DNA of 64,000 bases from Gekko japonicus (lineage: Eukaryota): NCBI RefSeq assembly GCF_001447785.1, contig NW_015165830.1:2535303-2599302 (forward strand). Reading direction: 5' to 3'. Made by a program: the position numbers and the translations under genes. Position 1 is the first letter of the stretch. Each line of letters opens with the position of its first letter. The notes under the pieces are model-generated. The model ran no database searches. It had not been told where the DNA came from and was given only the letters and a program-made list of their open reading frames with translations. Below are positions 61,487 through 64,000 of this stretch, piece by piece.

Positions 61487-62192
61487 TGTGACGACCTCTT
61501 ATTTGGGGAGGTCTAGTTTTACTTTAAAATGTTTTTTTCAGTTTTACTCTGTAGAGTATTCTGGCTGCCACCAGGGAAATTTAGGCTTTCCCAACCTTTT
61601 TCTATAATATTTTTCCTTCTGGTTTTGGTATTGTGACCCAGGGTCTGGGCTTTCGAAGGACTATGTGTTTCCTGGGAAGAATTTCGTTCAGAACTTGTGT
61701 CTTAAATAAAAGTAGATTTATTTGATGTTCACACACTCTTCCCTCTTATTGACAGGGATCAGGGCATGTCACTTTGTAACAATATTTTCCTTAGGCCATA
61801 TATGGTTACTGTTTCTTTATGCTTTAACTTTTCATAACACACACAAGACTTCTCTCTCTCAGACCTTAAAACGAACAAACTGCTTAACTCTTTTACTACA
61901 CAGAACCCAATCTTTCCCTCACAGGGATGAGTCTCCTTCAACTCCGAGACAGAACTTAACTCATAGCAACTGCTTTTACACAGCACACTCTTCTGACTGA
62001 CTAACTGTTTTTATCAACTGTCATACCTAACAGACACACCAGATAGACATTCCAATCATCCACACAGCATCCATTCCAAACCCCCTCCCCCTCTCTGTCA
62101 CTCACCAATCATATCACTTGCTTGAGTCCAGCACTCTAGATTATCCTCACACAGCCATGCCAACCAAACTTTTAAACACACACACACACACA
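61487..62192 (-). mobile_element. Second, truncated copy of the 56759 LTR family, inside the CR1
   Basis: tgtgacgacc...ttttactttaaa...aataaaagtagattta...aaccaaacttttaaa shared with 56759-57517. Confidence 0.8.
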
Positions 62193-62612
62193 GTAAAATA
62201 CTTATTTGTACCTTTCCTAACCTGTGGTATACATTGTATCTGAGCTTCCAGGATTGTAATGTTAAATAGTCTCCAAGCTTCCTGAAGGGATTTAACCCTC
62301 CTTACCTTTCCTTTCAGTTTCTTCTTCACAAGCTCATTCATTTGAGAGAAGTTACCCCTTCTAAAGTTAAATGTGGTTGTGTTGGTCTTTTGGGGAAACT
62401 CCCTGTTTACATAAATGCTAAATTTAATAGCATTATGGTCACTGTTCCCAACCGGAGCTATCACGTTAACATCTCTCATCAGGTTTTCAGCATTACTTAG
62501 GACCAAGTCCAGGATTGCCTCTCCACTGGTAGCTTCTGTGACCATCTGCTCCATGGCACAGTCATTGAGAGTATCCAGAAACCCAATCTTTTTTTCCTGA
62601 CGAACACATATT

Positions 62613-62858
62613 GAGCCAATTTGGTGTAGTGGTTAGGAGCACAAACTCTAATCTGGAAGAACCAGGTTTGATTCCCCCCCTTGGGTCAAGTTCTTCCAGA
62701 GCTGTTCTCTCAAGGGCAGTTCTCAAAAGAGCTCTCTCAGACCCACCTACCTCACAGGGTGTCCATTTTGGGGCGGGGAAGGGAAAGGAGATTGTAAACC
62801 GCTCAGAGACTCCTTCAGGTAGTGAAGGTCGGGGTATAAATCCAATCTCTTCTTCTTC
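62613..62858 (+). mobile_element. Squam3-like SINE inside the CR1
   Basis: Same family as 3146-3416. Confidence 0.85.
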
Positions 62859-64000
62859 AATGTGTGGGTAGTTAAAATAATCTATTATGACACAGTTATT
62901 TTGTCTAACTGCTTTCCTTAATTCTTTTAAAAACAGCAGTCATCTTCTAACCTTTGTTCTGGTGGGTGATAACATACTCCCAGAGTTAAGCTTCCTTTTG
63001 GGCTCACTATTTTCACCCATAGTGTTTCCATAAGCTAATCTGTTTCTCTTACATTCTCAATTTTACACATGGTATATCTTGAAAAATCATCAATAAAAGA
63101 TAATAGATGTGTTATTTCTGGTTGATGCTGGTTTGATAGGCTCACATAAATTAGTGTAAATTAGCTAAATTGGCTGCTTAGAGCATCTCTGACTTTGTTT
63201 GGGAATAGAAAACCAAGCTGCCTTTCCCTTTATAGAATGTACATACAATTGATTTATAATTGGCTCACTCGCTTATATTGATACTTACTACCAAGTCCTT
63301 TGTTTGTAGTTTCAAGATGGCTTCTGGGTCACAATGAGCAAATCTCCAGTACCAGAGCTCCAGGGACTTCTGGTGAGCAATTGACTTCGCTGTACAGGCC
63401 TTTCATTCCTGGAGGTCTAGTTCAAAGATTCAATTTCTGAGAACACCTGTGGAATATAGCTCACCTTGGTATGAGACAGTACACGTTATTGTCAAAGTGT
63501 ATGGCAAATCCTTTTTCTGAGAGTGTGGGCATGCTTAGCAAATTTGCCCTTAAATCAGGAATGTATAAAACATCATCTGCAGTAATCTCAGTTCCATTAT
63601 CACCTATATGGAAATTTAGTGTAACTTTACCTTTTCCTTGTATGTCTACTTGATCTCCATTGGCTAGGTGTGATTTCCTGAAGCATTTGTGTCCAGTTTA
63701 TCAAACAAATTGATATCTGATGTCATATGCATGAAAGCACCACTATCAATTATCCAAGGCTTGTGATTTTCATTTGTTTGTGCTAAATTAGATATGCAGT
63801 AATTAAATTGCTTTCTTTGGGAGAAATCCTTCCACCTCTGTGTTTGAGCGTGAGGTTGCTTGCTGGTATTTGCATTTCTATTGATCAAGCACTCCCTCTG
63901 GATATGACCTGCCTTGTTACAATTGAAGCAGTGAGGGACATTTCTTTTGTCTTTCAGGTTGGGCTTTCTGTGGTCAATTGGCTTAGCTCCTGCCCCCCCT

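Larger units (their letters stand above)
58774..63066 (-). mobile_element. CR1 LINE inserted into the Copia integrase, itself interrupted three times
   Basis: Same family as the 40201 ORF (LKDDREMAEKLNAFFASVFTVED shared); tail cttatgttcttat at ~58775. Confidence 0.92.
56445..64000 (-). mobile_element. Ty1/Copia LTR retrotransposon, internally deleted and interrupted; continues past the window end
   Basis: Gag knuckle CFNCNKAGHIQREC (~63890-63935), protease WIIDSGA, DVLYIPDLRANLLS, integrase FIDDFSRY / DRGGEY / PYTPEQNG, RNase H GYTDIDWAG / AISWASHKQ / EDNQSCI / IFTKPL, PPT 56662-56672, then TG-start LTR at 56661. Confidence 0.9.

Overview
Vertebrate genomic DNA, most likely a squamate and probably a gecko (inferred from Squam3-like, Sauria, 5S-derived and Squam2-like SINEs plus CR1, L2, RTE and Penelope repeats), from a gapped assembly. 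The + strand carries eight consecutive internal coding exons of ACSF2 (acyl-CoA synthetase family member 2; 1983-19614; all GT-AG and in phase). The next intron runs past the window end (>44 kb) and contains the complete chondroadherin gene CHAD on the - strand: 3 coding exons, 363 aa, a TATA box, and a 3'UTR intron starting 4 nt after the stop. The rest is rich in transposons: hAT MITEs with 8-bp TSDs, solo LTRs with 4-5-bp TSDs, a decayed two-gene PIF/Harbinger, a CR1 with a 742-aa open EN-RT ORF, and a nested L2>Copia>CR1>LTR/SINE stack at 54.8-64 kb. Four observations stand out. (1) Minimal hammerhead-ribozyme cores in palindromic Penelope-like repeats lie inside ACSF2 introns. (2) A solo LTR inserted at the branch-point position of an ACSF2 exon, and its 3' end supplies a consensus branch point. 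(3) A 39x15-bp array has a unit that reads as a CpG-depleted ETS-CRE composite motif. (4) An RT-less Copia element is present. All calls were made by eye, without database searches.
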